35,170 bases of DNA, from IMG/VR virus record IMGVR_UViG_3300020021_000003, positions 65,877-101,046 of that record. One strand, written 5' to 3'. Shown piece after piece: positions 24,367 through 33,887 of the stretch. The notes beneath the pieces were generated by a model that worked only from the letters and a program-made list of their open reading frames with translations, was not told where the DNA came from and did no database searches. The position numbers and the translations under genes were made by a program. The stretch's first letter is position 1; every line of letters begins with the position of its first letter. This DNA comes from a virus.

Positions 24367-24725
24367 TCCTTGTGCATGGCCCGCATGTTGTCAGGCGTGC
24401 CAGGCTTCGTCTTGTCCCACCTTACCTTGTCGTACTTCCGCTTGTCAAGCTTCGTGTCACACCAGACACACTTGCCGTGCTGCTTGTTGTAGAGGTAGTG
24501 AGGCTTCCTGTCAGTGAAACCCTCATCACCCCGCTCAGAATTGCAGGTACTGTGGGCAAGCTGGAGGTTGTCTGCATCATCAGTACCTCCAGCCGAACGT
24601 GGGACAACGTGGTCTACGTTGCAATCCCGAATGTCTGCGAACCGGAAGCAGATCTGGCAGATACCCAGATCCCGCTTCCACAGCTCCCAGAGTGTATCCA
24701 TTCCCATTCCCCGGTAGTGCGACAC
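24294..24725 (-). CDS. HNH endonuclease
   Basis: RD..ICQIC...VDHVVPRS.GG.D..DNLQLAH..CN..RG, followed by a second degenerate HNH-like repeat. Confidence 0.9.
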   Translation of the reverse strand: MSHYRGMGMDTLWELWKRDLGICQICFRFADIRDCNVDHVVPRSAGGTDDADNLQLAHSTCNSERGDEGFTDRKPHYLYNKQHGKCVWCDTKLDKRKYDKVRWDKTKPGTPDNMRAMHKDCRVAFNKQFDGLDQRGLKELCST

Positions 24726-24740
24726 TTCTTGACGCCTCCT

Positions 24741-26678
24741 TTAGACAAGGTCTACAGTCTCACATCCTCCATCAGCAGAGCAAGCGAGGGTCTGTGAACC
24801 AACGGTTTGATCGTACTGTTCGTACCAACTGAGTTCTTCCCAAGGAAGTTCAGTAGGTGTTCTGGCTACTAAATCATCGTACTGTTCCTGTGTCAAGCTC
24901 TGATACGGAGCCTGCTTGTAGACATGGTCGGAGTAAGGGAGGAAGGCTACTCCGGACAGCTCATCGAAGTTCTGCCAGACCCATGCACCTGTCTCCATCC
25001 ATTCGTCTTCCTTCACTGTGATAGTAACGGAAGGCTTGTGCTCTGTCCAGTGGCGCTGATAGGTCAGCCACAGGTCGAGATGCTGGACTGCTCCTACATC
25101 CTTGCGTGTCAGTGCACCTTCTGGTGCCTTGATTGGGAAGGAGAATACCACAGTAGCATCAGGATTGGTGACGTCATCCTCATGGACTACCCCGAAGTCG
25201 ATCATCAGTCGGGTGAGTGGGTCCTTCTTGTCCGCTCTGACTGTACGCTCATAGTACTCGTCATGCCAAGTGTGCATACCAGAGGCAGCATTGGCAAGCT
25301 GAGAAGTAGTACCCTCAGGCTTTACGCAGGTAACAGCGGCAGAAGGATTGATACCAAGCTTCGTAGCTATACGAACGTTCTGATTCACGGCAACTTCACG
25401 GAGGATATCAAGCCATTCCTCCAGAGTATCCTGTCCCTTACTACCGTTCAGTACAGGATGACCCAACTGTCCTGTCATTGATACGCCGAGTAGTCTTTCC
25501 GCTTCAGTGTTCTCCTTCCAGATAGGACGGAGATACTGGAAATCAGTAAGAGTACTCTGCCATGTGCCGAAGATAGTAGCTGCCTCTACCTTGTCTACAA
25601 GATTGAGTAGGTCATCATCGGCTTCAACAATAATTGTAGATAGGTTGCAGAATTGAAATGGTCTAAGGATGATTTCGGAACAAGGATTAGTTCCATAGTC
25701 GATTGATTGATCGCGTCTTCCAAATTTCGCTGCCTGATCCTGAGACGCTCTTCGGTTAAAGATCCCTCGTTCTCCGGACTTACTGTCATAAATGTTCTTC
25801 CATTCCCCCATGAATTGGGACTGAGTAGGACGACCCTCGTACACAGCAGAGATATTGCAGAGTGCTCTGTACCCGTGGTCAGTCCACCATTCACCTGACT
25901 TGGCGGTAGCCATGTCTTGGTCATCGAGATCAGTCAGTCCGAGGAGAGCAGAGCGTCTTACTCCGCCAACCACTACGACACTGGCGATCTTGCAGACGAT
26001 ATCAAAGACCTCAAGAGAGGTCAACTGACGTCCCTGTGCCCCATTGAACTTGTCACTGACGAACTCAAACAGATCCTCAAGGGGAGCAGGTCCGCTAGAA
26101 CGACCCCCAAAGGTCACTAGACGGCTCCCTGCGGGACGTACAGCACTGGTATCCCACTCGGGGTAGAAGCCCTGATACAAGGCCGTTACAAGCTCTCTCA
26201 GAGCCTTTGCCCAACCCTCCTTGGAGTCCTCTACTTCAATAACTCCATGGTCTCCTGAATACCAAAAAGGTTCTACTACTGGTAGTTTCTCTACATACTG
26301 TCTCTCGACAGAGAAACCTACCCCAGTTCCATTCATAAGAATGTAAAGCAATTCATCAAAGGCAACTGGATTATCAATAGGAAGATAAGAGCAGTTGTAT
26401 CCAGCAATATGAGACCTGTCCAGAGCAGCACCGGCAGTCATCAGTGCACGCATGGAACCGAATGCTTCCAGGTTCAGGAACTTCTCTTCCAGAAAGCTGT
26501 ACATCTCATAGTCTACTGGCGCGTAATTCTTCTCCACATGGTAAATCATGTAATCCATGTAGCGTTCTACACTTTCCTCCCAGCTCTCTCGTCTCTGCTT
26601 CTCGTCATCCCATCGTGCGTATCTGCTGATGGCAATAAAACTCTGGTATGGACTCATCTTCACGTTGGTAAACTCCAC
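24741..26678 (-). CDS. nrdJ: Class II (adenosylcobalamin-dependent) ribonucleotide reductase
   Basis: SMRALMTAG, YNCSY, GTGVGFS, VVVGGVRRSA, TNPCSEI, QFCNLS, TCVKPEGT, HKPS.T, C-terminal C-x5-C. Confidence 0.96.
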   Translation of the reverse strand: MEFTNVKMSPYQSFIAISRYARWDDEKQRRESWEESVERYMDYMIYHVEKNYAPVDYEMYSFLEEKFLNLEAFGSMRALMTAGAALDRSHIAGYNCSYLPIDNPVAFDELLYILMNGTGVGFSVERQYVEKLPVVEPFWYSGDHGVIEVEDSKEGWAKALRELVTALYQGFYPEWDTSAVRPAGSRLVTFGGRSSGPAPLEDLFEFVSDKFNGAQGRQLTSLEVFDIVCKIASVVVVGGVRRSALLGLTDLDDQDMATAKSGEWWTDHGYRALCNISAVYEGRPTQSQFMGEWKNIYDSKSGERGIFNRRASQDQAAKFGRRDQSIDYGTNPCSEIILRPFQFCNLSTIIVEADDDLLNLVDKVEAATIFGTWQSTLTDFQYLRPIWKENTEAERLLGVSMTGQLGHPVLNGSKGQDTLEEWLDILREVAVNQNVRIATKLGINPSAAVTCVKPEGTTSQLANAASGMHTWHDEYYERTVRADKKDPLTRLMIDFGVVHEDDVTNPDATVVFSFPIKAPEGALTRKDVGAVQHLDLWLTYQRHWTEHKPSVTITVKEDEWMETGAWVWQNFDELSGVAFLPYSDHVYKQAPYQSLTQEQYDDLVARTPTELPWEELSWYEQYDQTVGSQTLACSADGGCETVDLV

Positions 26679-26703
26679 AGGCTGGAAGGGAAAGGGTATT
26701 CAG

Positions 26704-27111
26704 TTATAGAGCGGTAATATGCTGGCCTTGACCGGCATTCAATTGTGCAATAGAAGCCTTGAGAGAAGAGGATTCTCCTGTCTGTCGAGCTGCTGCCGCT
26801 GGCTGTCCATTAGGAGAAGCCAGAGAAGGGAGACCATAACCGGTCTGCTCAAAACGTGGATGATAACCGCACTCAGCACAAGCCACAGCATAACTGCCGT
26901 GCTGCATGTATTTGTCACTGGAGCAACCAGGACAGCGTCCGCCCTGCTTGAGCCTTGCAGTAGGAACATACTGTCCCTGAGCTGCTTGAGGCTGTTGGAT
27001 ACTTTGCTGCTGTGTTACTGGTGCTTGGGTGGTATAGAGACCATAGAGATCCCTTGATGGTGCTTGTGCTGGAGCTGGTGTTCCGTTTAATTTATTCGCC
27101 CAAAATGACAT
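26704..27111 (-). CDS. Zinc-ribbon protein with Gln/Pro-rich linker
   Basis: CPGC.S..Y...CAECGY. Confidence 0.7.
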   Translation of the reverse strand: MSFWANKLNGTPAPAQAPSRDLYGLYTTQAPVTQQQSIQQPQAAQGQYVPTARLKQGGRCPGCSSDKYMQHGSYAVACAECGYHPRFEQTGYGLPSLASPNGQPAAAARQTGESSSLKASIAQLNAGQGQHITAL

Positions 27112-27529
27112 TGTTGTCTCCGTATTTTACTAGTCCTTTTTCCAACAGGTGTCCGACAACGGACTCTGCAATAGATGTTCCCAGCTTGAGGTTGTTCATT
27201 CTGAACTTGAACAGTTCGTCTGGACTGAATTTATCTTCGAACTCCTCTGACATGATGATAGCTGTACTCGCCGAGTCTATTGCTGCATAGCATATTGCAG
27301 GGAATATCATACCGAAAGGCATGAGGGAATGCTTTCGTTTCCACATGTCCTCTGCCTCTGCTTCGAGTACGTCCATACTGGCTGGATTCTGTCCGAATCT
27401 CATGGGATCTTCCTGCATCTTCTGCGGCCCGATCATATCCCACATCATAGAACGGGCTAAACGCGCAGTAAACTCCTGCCACCGATCGATCTCGGGGACA
27501 GGAGCTACCTCTTCAAATGGGTCTATCAC
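27092..27529 (-). CDS. Hypothetical protein
   Basis: ORF in operon with polymerase. Confidence 0.7.
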   Translation of the reverse strand: MIDPFEEVAPVPEIDRWQEFTARLARSMMWDMIGPQKMQEDPMRFGQNPASMDVLEAEAEDMWKRKHSLMPFGMIFPAICYAAIDSASTAIIMSEEFEDKFSPDELFKFRMNNLKLGTSIAESVVGHLLEKGLVKYGDNNVILGE

Positions 27530-27544
27530 GTAGTAATCATCTCT

Positions 27545-29632
27545 TTACTCCTTGGCGTCACTCCAACGGTCAACGACTGCAATAGAATCCAGAGTCATAG
27601 CGAGGGGAACATTCAGGAGATCCTGAACTTCTGCTCCCGACATCGCTTCGAGAAGGAACTTCTTGCCTTCCTCTACTCTATCCTCTGGACACTGAATGAC
27701 AAGTTCATCGTGGACGGACAGAACCATATAGATTTCCCTGCCCGGATTCTTCAGTGCGTCTTCTGATAGTATCCTATTCATTCGTATCATTGCAAGCTTG
27801 ATGATGTCACCCAGCGAGCCCTGGACCAGTGAGTTGAATACCTGACGCTCTCCTCTTGCCAGGACCGAACGAACAGCACTCGCATGTCTGCGAGGGTTGT
27901 ACCAAGGAAGCCTAGGAGCTTCTCTCTGTGCCACATCGTAGAGTACTTCCCAGACCCTGCGCTTGCGACCCATGATCGTAGAGATGTAGGGAATTCTCAC
28001 TCTACCAGTAATACTTCCCCGACTTCTAGCGAGTTCCATAATCTGGTCACGGAATGCATAGATCTCAGGGAATGCCTTGCGGTGGTTCGCAAGCAGAACA
28101 TCGGCTTCCTCCACAGTAATTCCCAGAGTCTGTGCAACCTTCTTGTTCTGTGCACCATAGACAATAGCGAAGTTCAGAGTCTTAGCAGCATCTCGCTGCC
28201 ACTTCTTTACATCCTCAATGGTGACACTGTAGACCAGCGAGGCTGTCTGAGTATGCGCGTCCACTCCGGCATGGAAACCATCGTAGAGCCCGCCGAATCC
28301 AATCATACTTGCAAGGATTCTCAGTTCCATCTGCGCGTAGTCGGCTACAAGGAACTTGTAACCCTTCGGTGCACGGAACAGACCACGAACCTTCTTACCC
28401 AGTTCAGAACGTGGAGCAGGAATGTTCTGAAGGTTCGGGGTACGGGAACTGAATCGTCCAGTGAGCGTACCATACTGAACCAGGTCGGTATGGATGCGGC
28501 CATTGAAGATACGGGAAGGCTTCTTAGGGTCTCCGTCTACGCCCAAGTAGCCTTGGACATACGTACTCTGGAGCTTTGCTACTTCAGCATACGCTGTGAG
28601 AGCATCGACAACTTGGTTGCCCTCGAAAGGTTCCAGCGCTTCCTGATCTGTTGAGTAGTCGTAGATGGTCGGCTCAGCCTTACGCTGGGCCTTGAGCTTA
28701 CCACCCTTGGTCATCTTGACAGGCACAAGACCCTGACAACCATCAGACTTGGGTCCGAAGAGTACTTCCTGCTTCTGCTTCGGCGAGTTCATATTGAAGA
28801 TCTTGCCCGCAGCCTTGTAGACGTCAGCCTCTAGGATCTCCAGCTTTAGAGAGAGTTCCTTCTCCAGTTCCCGAAGGGCTTGTACGTCCACTGGAGCGCC
28901 TATCAGACCCATCTGGCAACAGACGTCCGTCGTTTGCTCCTCAAGCTCTCTGATGGCCCAAAGATCCTCACCTAGGCACCTTCCATCGAACTGCTTCCAG
29001 AGCAACCAGGTGTACTTGGCGTCCAGCAGAGCATAGCGGGCTACCTTGGAGAAGGCATGCTTCTCAATGCACCTACCGACTTCCTCCTTGTCGTAGTCAA
29101 CGCCGAAGTAGAAGCGAGTGAGTTCCTTGAGCCCCTTACCCTTAGGACGCTGGTTGAATCCCCATCCCAGTTCCCCGACATTCTCATCAAGCAGCCATTG
29201 AAGGACAATAGAATCCGAGTTGGGGCCTATAGGAATCCTATCGAAGTACTTCTCGACAGTAATAAGATCGAAGGTTGCATTGTGTGCGATCTTAGTAATG
29301 TCAGGGTTGAAGAACAGCGGCTCAAGGATTGCGAATACCTGGCTAGGCCGCATCTGCTCAGGTGGAGCATCATAGACCAACGGATAGACTATCTTGTTCT
29401 TGGTATGCGCTTTCTGCAACAGCACGTCACCGTTGGGATGTCCCATAGGAATGACAATAGTTCTGCCATGAGTAGCCATGGACAGCCACACTACCCTGTT
29501 CTGCGTGGGAACTCCACGAGTGTCAGGCAGTGGGCCGTCCATGGTCTCTGTGTCCCATGAGAATGCGTCCTGCTTAAGGAAGTACTCAACCTCTGTCCTC
29601 AGTTGTTCCGCAGTTAGTATAAGTCCTTCCAT
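27545..29632 (-). CDS. polA: DNA polymerase, family A, with 3'-5' exonuclease
   Basis: ExoI DTET, ExoII HNATFD, ExoIII YALLD; TGRFSSRTPNLQNIP, motif A ADYAQMELR, motif B KTLNFAIVYG, motif C VHDEL. Confidence 0.97.
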   Translation of the reverse strand: MEGLILTAEQLRTEVEYFLKQDAFSWDTETMDGPLPDTRGVPTQNRVVWLSMATHGRTIVIPMGHPNGDVLLQKAHTKNKIVYPLVYDAPPEQMRPSQVFAILEPLFFNPDITKIAHNATFDLITVEKYFDRIPIGPNSDSIVLQWLLDENVGELGWGFNQRPKGKGLKELTRFYFGVDYDKEEVGRCIEKHAFSKVARYALLDAKYTWLLWKQFDGRCLGEDLWAIRELEEQTTDVCCQMGLIGAPVDVQALRELEKELSLKLEILEADVYKAAGKIFNMNSPKQKQEVLFGPKSDGCQGLVPVKMTKGGKLKAQRKAEPTIYDYSTDQEALEPFEGNQVVDALTAYAEVAKLQSTYVQGYLGVDGDPKKPSRIFNGRIHTDLVQYGTLTGRFSSRTPNLQNIPAPRSELGKKVRGLFRAPKGYKFLVADYAQMELRILASMIGFGGLYDGFHAGVDAHTQTASLVYSVTIEDVKKWQRDAAKTLNFAIVYGAQNKKVAQTLGITVEEADVLLANHRKAFPEIYAFRDQIMELARSRGSITGRVRIPYISTIMGRKRRVWEVLYDVAQREAPRLPWYNPRRHASAVRSVLARGERQVFNSLVQGSLGDIIKLAMIRMNRILSEDALKNPGREIYMVLSVHDELVIQCPEDRVEEGKKFLLEAMSGAEVQDLLNVPLAMTLDSIAVVDRWSDAKE

Positions 29633-29750
29633 TTATACTCCTAAGTTGCTCGTGATGTCAGCAGTGCCCACAATACCGTAAGCCTTTCCCGGAATGAGAG
29701 CCACGCTACTTGATTACAGATGCTTCCTACTCGTTGTTGCTTTGTCAGCA

Positions 29751-30008
29751 TCACAGTTCCTCATCCAACGGCATCTCAGCGATGGAGTACCGAGTGTAAT
29801 CGTACTGACTAGGACCACGGGAGATCAAGTCTCCATCCTCACCAGTCTCCCAGTCAAATTCCGGGTTGTCCCGGTGAATCTCCCACATCTTCATCAAAGC
29901 AAGAGAAGAATCAAGAGTGGGAAATACATCATCAAGGTCAGCCTGATGTCCATTCCAGGTATACCGCTGAATCATGTAGAGCTTGCCGGTACCTGAGGAG
30001 TTTCCCAT
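29751..30008 (-). CDS. Hypothetical protein
   Basis: TAATG coupling. Confidence 0.6.
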   Translation of the reverse strand: MGNSSGTGKLYMIQRYTWNGHQADLDDVFPTLDSSLALMKMWEIHRDNPEFDWETGEDGDLISRGPSQYDYTRYSIAEMPLDEEL

Positions 30009-30508
30009 TACTGTCCCTTTCGGTAACTGTGTCGTCCGGTTCCCTTGCCTGCCGATCCTCGCACAGGGCACTCCCAGATGTCAATGGACTGAGTGCACTC
30101 GAAGTAACCCTTCCACCCTGCGTAGTACTGTACACCCTTGTACTCCAGCACGTTAGTGTAGCCACGGTTGCGCCCGCCGTTGTCAGTATCGTAGGCGCGG
30201 GTCAATGCCAGCAAGACATCAGCATCCTCCGTATTGTCAAAGGCATCTACAACCTGGTAGTAGCCACCATCACGGCCGAAAGTATCCCCGGATTCATAAT
30301 CGACAACGACAGCATACACATTGTCTCCCAAGTCTACGTCGAATTCCTTGACCGGGTTACTGTAGTAGCTGTCCTGTAGAGCATCAGTAGTCTGCACAGC
30401 ATAGACGTTGTCCACCTGACCATGTGTGCTGTCACGGCTCCAACTGTCATCCGGATCCTCACCACCGATGTTGTACGAACTGGTCTCAACAACGATCTTG
30501 ACTCGCAT
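30008..30508 (-). CDS. Hypothetical protein (Y.SGDTFG, W.GYFE motifs)
   Basis: GGAGGAG RBS. Confidence 0.75.
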   Translation of the reverse strand: MRVKIVVETSSYNIGGEDPDDSWSRDSTHGQVDNVYAVQTTDALQDSYYSNPVKEFDVDLGDNVYAVVVDYESGDTFGRDGGYYQVVDAFDNTEDADVLLALTRAYDTDNGGRNRGYTNVLEYKGVQYYAGWKGYFECTQSIDIWECPVRGSAGKGTGRHSYRKGQ

Positions 30509-30527
30509 TATCTTCTCCTCCATGTAA

Positions 30528-30582
30528 GAAGCCCACCTGCTCTGTTGTGGTAACAGTATCAGGTGGGCTTCGGGTCTGTCTA
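30528..30582 (-). promoter_or_regulatory. Hairpin/terminator with embedded promoter
   Basis: 12-bp arms 30528-30539/30560-30571; TAGACA (30577-30582) - 18 nt - TACTGT (30553-30558). Confidence 0.6.
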
Positions 30583-30590
30583 GCTAACTC

Positions 30591-31364
30591 TTAGTTACGT
30601 GCGCGCTTCACTGGAAGGTCTGTCGGAAGAACGTTCACTTCGTCCAGGTAATCGCGGGTACTGATGAAAACGATCTCAGCACCGTACTTGTCATCCTCAA
30701 GAGCCTCAAGCTCACTCTCGTTCAGCGGCTCGACGCCATAGTCCTCCTGAAGATCACGTGCCTTCAGCTTCTGAACTCGGGTAGCTGGAGCATCACGGTT
30801 GGCGATCTTCTCGTGGTAGACCTGGAAGTAGCGGGCAACATCGTTCAGTGCACCCTCTTCAGCAAGGCTCTGGAGCTGTGTAGCAACCTCATTACCGAAG
30901 GTCCAGGTCTTGACCTCATCAGGCTCAGCCATGTCTACGACGTTCATTGCGAAGGTCCAGGATGCACGAACACCCTGATCGCACAGTGGGCACTCACTCT
31001 GAGGGCAAGTGTAGTAGCGCTTTGCACTGTTCAGGTAGTGTCGCTTGTACTTCACTGGAGGCATCTCGTCCAGGAGCTTGACAATTCGCTTGCCCTTGTC
31101 CTTCAGGACCAGGTTAGGAGACTTGACAGTCTCTACACGTTCCTCAGCAGGAGCACCCCAGCCAGAACTGACAGGAGTACGGGTGACCTTAGGAGCCATG
31201 CGGCGCTCTGCGTTCTTTACAATACCCTCAGCCTCAGACACAACATCCTCAGACTCCTTGAGACCAGAGGCAACGTCTGCAATCACATCCTCGTTGGTGT
31301 AACCGTCCTGCTCGGTGCTCTCAGTAACCTTAACTCGACTAACACGTGCCATGTGTAATTCCAT
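30591..31364 (-). CDS. Single-stranded DNA-binding protein (T4 gp32-like)
   Basis: H....YTC....CPLC zinc motif, FAMNVV, acidic C-terminal part, replication context. Confidence 0.7.
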   Translation of the reverse strand: MELHMARVSRVKVTESTEQDGYTNEDVIADVASGLKESEDVVSEAEGIVKNAERRMAPKVTRTPVSSGWGAPAEERVETVKSPNLVLKDKGKRIVKLLDEMPPVKYKRHYLNSAKRYYTCPQSECPLCDQGVRASWTFAMNVVDMAEPDEVKTWTFGNEVATQLQSLAEEGALNDVARYFQVYHEKIANRDAPATRVQKLKARDLQEDYGVEPLNESELEALEDDKYGAEIVFISTRDYLDEVNVLPTDLPVKRARN

Positions 31365-31406
31365 TCTGTATATTTACCGCTAGGCGATATGAATATGTGG
31401 GTAAAA

Positions 31407-31664
31407 CTAGATCAAACGGTGGGCAATGGAACCAGTCTTGGTTACCTTGCCAGTTCTGTCCACTACTGGAATCTCCGACGTAAGAGCCTTGAACAGTTCC
31501 AGGTCGGGTGCCTGTAGTGTATCGATCTTCTCACTGAACTGCGCAGTAAGCTCATCGAGATCAGCATCAACAGGTACGTCCACAGTAACGGACACGAAGG
31601 TGTCAGCACTCTCGTAGTTTCCCATGTTGACCTTGAAGGAACGGGAAACCGCTACCTTCATCAT
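31407..31664 (-). CDS. Hypothetical protein (NMGNYES motif)
   Basis: Common phage N.GNYES motif; likely leaderless, TG-T-TACAAT 7 nt upstream. Confidence 0.7.
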   Translation of the reverse strand: MMKVAVSRSFKVNMGNYESADTFVSVTVDVPVDADLDELTAQFSEKIDTLQAPDLELFKALTSEIPVVDRTGKVTKTGSIAHRLI

Positions 31665-31717
31665 TGATCCCATTGTAACAGTCGAGACTGACACAGCGCC
31701 CGGCAATTGCTGGACGT

Positions 31718-32137
31718 CTACTTGCGGGTCAGGGACTGAAACAAGCTTAGGACTCTCGGACTGAATTGTGTCTCCGATAGCTTGACTCCTTTGTGCGGGA
31801 ATAATACACCCTCTTCCTTAGCGATTGTGACCATACCCTCAACCATAACACGCGTGTACATGCGTCGTCTACCCCTCGGATCATCAGAGGGCTTGGTGTA
31901 CGGGGACTTCGGTATGATACCTTCTTGCTCCCACTTGCGTATGGTTCCCGGCTTTCTATCGCCGAGTGCCTTTGCGAGGTGGCCGATGGAGAAGAACTCA
32001 GTCCTTACTCCACCGACCAGAAACTCGAATGGCTTCTCATCCCAAGTGGGGTCTTCCCTGGTAGCCGTCTCTACTGAGAGAGGAACTGGCGAACCAGAGA
32101 AGACCTTATCCAATTGTTGTTGCCATGTAGCTACCAA
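31718..32137 (-). CDS. MerR-like helix-turn-helix DNA-binding protein
   Basis: FSIGHLAKALG.RKPGTIRKWEQEGIIP...RRMYT. Confidence 0.8.
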   Translation of the reverse strand: MVATWQQQLDKVFSGSPVPLSVETATREDPTWDEKPFEFLVGGVRTEFFSIGHLAKALGDRKPGTIRKWEQEGIIPKSPYTKPSDDPRGRRRMYTRVMVEGMVTIAKEEGVLFPHKGVKLSETQFSPRVLSLFQSLTRK

Positions 32138-32623
32138 TTAGTACCCGCATTCGTACTCGAACTGGACAACTCGGGTAGGAGTGACGACGATGTTGGTGTT
32201 GTACCCGAACATCTCACGTAGGACATTCTCGTAATGACCATCGATAGAATCACGTAGAGCACCGATTTCCAGACCATCAGGGTGGCTACTGGTCCGGCCA
32301 TAGTAACCCTCATCGTAGTAGTCAAATTCCTGTCCCGGATAGGCTTCCTCAAGGTCAGGCTCTGAACCGTCAAGCCAAGCGTCAGCAACAATCTGGTTGG
32401 AAGTCATGTAGACCTCACCGAGAGTGAACTCACAAGGGTCACCATCATTGAAACCAGGAATGTACTGGTGCCACATGATACCAACTACACCAGCCGCGAA
32501 CAACTCCTGTAGCTCACCGTAAAGCTTCTCGATAGAGTACTGCTCCAGGGACGTATAGCCATAGGCGTACACATCACCCTCAACTGGAATGCCCATGAAC
32601 GTACGGTTGTCAGATCGCGCCAT
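32138..32623 (-). CDS. Acidic hypothetical protein (FNDGDPCEF motif)
   Basis: Overlaps the stop of the upstream DUF6915-like gene. Confidence 0.75.
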   Translation of the reverse strand: MARSDNRTFMGIPVEGDVYAYGYTSLEQYSIEKLYGELQELFAAGVVGIMWHQYIPGFNDGDPCEFTLGEVYMTSNQIVADAWLDGSEPDLEEAYPGQEFDYYDEGYYGRTSSHPDGLEIGALRDSIDGHYENVLREMFGYNTNIVVTPTRVVQFEYECGY

Positions 32624-33026
32624 TTACTTCTCCCTTAGTGAACAAATCATTGAAATTTCCCATTTCCTTACGCTGTGCTCCAGACATCCATGCAGCCAGT
32701 AGCATACCGTCAATGTAATCCTTCGGACTCGGAAGCCTACCCAGATCCTCAATGATATGGCGCTCTGCAATAAGACGTACTGGAATACCCTTGGTAGTGT
32801 GGATAGTACTACCACCAGATGTTGTCTTCTCAGTACGAATTTCCAGGATAGTTCCGAAGATCTTCTCGCACAGGAAGACTCCAAGCGTGTGGTGGTAGAG
32901 GGAACGATGTCTCGCGTCCCCGATCACCTGCTTGGAACTGTCTATGAACTCCTCTATTGCAAGGTAGTCCTCAGGTGTGCCGCCCCACTTGTGTGAAGCG
33001 GACACAGCATGATACCAACTGTTCAT
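32610..33026 (-). CDS. DUF6915-like protein
   Basis: HA.S...WGG..EDY..I..FIDSSK....D.RHR...HH..G...E.IFG...VR.IAE.H..EDLG..P. Confidence 0.7.
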   Translation of the reverse strand: MNSWYHAVSASHKWGGTPEDYLAIEEFIDSSKQVIGDARHRSLYHHTLGVFLCEKIFGTILEIRTEKTTSGGSTIHTTKGIPVRLIAERHIIEDLGRLPSPKDYIDGMLLAAWMSGAQRKEMGNFNDLFTKGEVNGAI

Positions 33027-33205
33027 GTCTTGATGATCCCTTGGTCGAGAAGGTCCGTTGCTACTGCTATCATCAAGCGCTTATTGTTATCCGGCACAGC
33101 TTCCCAGGGAACAGCGGATGACTTTCGAGTGGTGTAATTGTAATCTCCTGCTTGTCGCTCATAGGATTCATGGAATGCTTTGGCAATTCCCTCGGCACTG
33201 TTCAT
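33023..33205 (-). CDS. Hypothetical protein
   Basis: AKAFHESYER...VPWE motif; ATGA coupling. Confidence 0.65.
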   Translation of the reverse strand: MNSAEGIAKAFHESYERQAGDYNYTTRKSSAVPWEAVPDNNKRLMIAVATDLLDQGIIKT

Positions 33206-33357
33206 GAGTAATCCTCGTTTCCCCACATGATCTCATGAGCCACATCGTAACCTACCCAGTTGTCCACACCAGCCTGTTCCAAAGCCTCAAGGAAGTCTCG
33301 ACTCCCAATGAGGTCTTCATACTCTCTCAAGGTGATCAGGATCATCTCTTCAGCCAC
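33202..33357 (-). CDS. 51-aa phage protein (GVDNW.GY motif)
   Basis: Hand translation ...LEALEQAGVDNWVGYD... Confidence 0.65.
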   Translation of the reverse strand: MAEEMILITLREYEDLIGSRDFLEALEQAGVDNWVGYDVAHEIMWGNEDYS

Positions 33358-33539
33358 TAGATATCCCTAATGTCATTGATCCCGGTGTAAGCAAACAAGT
33401 GCTGCTCAAGTTCTAGTTCCATCATGGAATAGAACTCATTCCAATCATCTTCATCCATTGCTGCCGAGTACTGAAGATCAGTCAGTTCAATCACCAAATC
33501 CATTGGACGATCGAAACTAATTTTTACCTTCCGCTTCAT
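33357..33539 (-). CDS. Hypothetical protein
   Basis: GAAGGA RBS before MKRKVK. Confidence 0.55.
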   Translation of the reverse strand: MKRKVKISFDRPMDLVIELTDLQYSAAMDEDDWNEFYSMMELELEQHLFAYTGINDIRDI

Positions 33540-33699
33540 GGTATTCCTTCCACTTCTCGTACTCCTCAATCGTACGGAGTATTGTTCGATGGCTTATGTT
33601 CAGACAGTTCAGCAGATTACGATAGCCACAGTCCTTGTCCATTGCATAGTGGATAGCTGTAGCAGCATCCTCAATGTTGTACGGCCAAGGTGCGTCCAC
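33517..33699 (-). CDS. Hypothetical protein
   Basis: Coupled to upstream stop. Confidence 0.55.
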   Translation of the reverse strand: MDAPWPYNIEDAATAIHYAMDKDCGYRNLLNCLNISHRTILRTIEEYEKWKEYHEAEGKN

Positions 33700-33887
33700 T
33701 ACAGCTCAGCCTTGAAGATCTTGTGCTGGGCCTTGAAGTACTTATACATCTGCTCAGTAAAGGACCAATCAGCCATCAGCATATCCAGCTCAGTAAAGAA
33801 CTCAACAAGCTCATCCTGGTCCAGATAGCGAAGCAGGTCATCCATCAGATCGTCAAGGTCAACGGTCACAGAGGTAACGAGTTCCAT
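33699..33887 (-). CDS. Small acidic hypothetical protein
   Basis: GGAG RBS; Asp/Glu-rich. Confidence 0.65.
   Translation of the reverse strand: MELVTSVTVDLDDLMDDLLRYLDQDELVEFFTELDMLMADWSFTEQMYKYFKAQHKIFKAEL

Noticed and set aside
27884-28654. Long plus-strand ORFs such as 27884-28654, 4335-5030, 16983-17579 and 24924-25481
   Set aside because: Antisense shadows of well-supported minus-strand genes, without RBS or recognisable motifs.
22997-29632. Inteins or introns in recA, nrdJ or polA
   Set aside because: All three are compact and uninterrupted with no splice motifs; the HNH next to nrdJ is free-standing.
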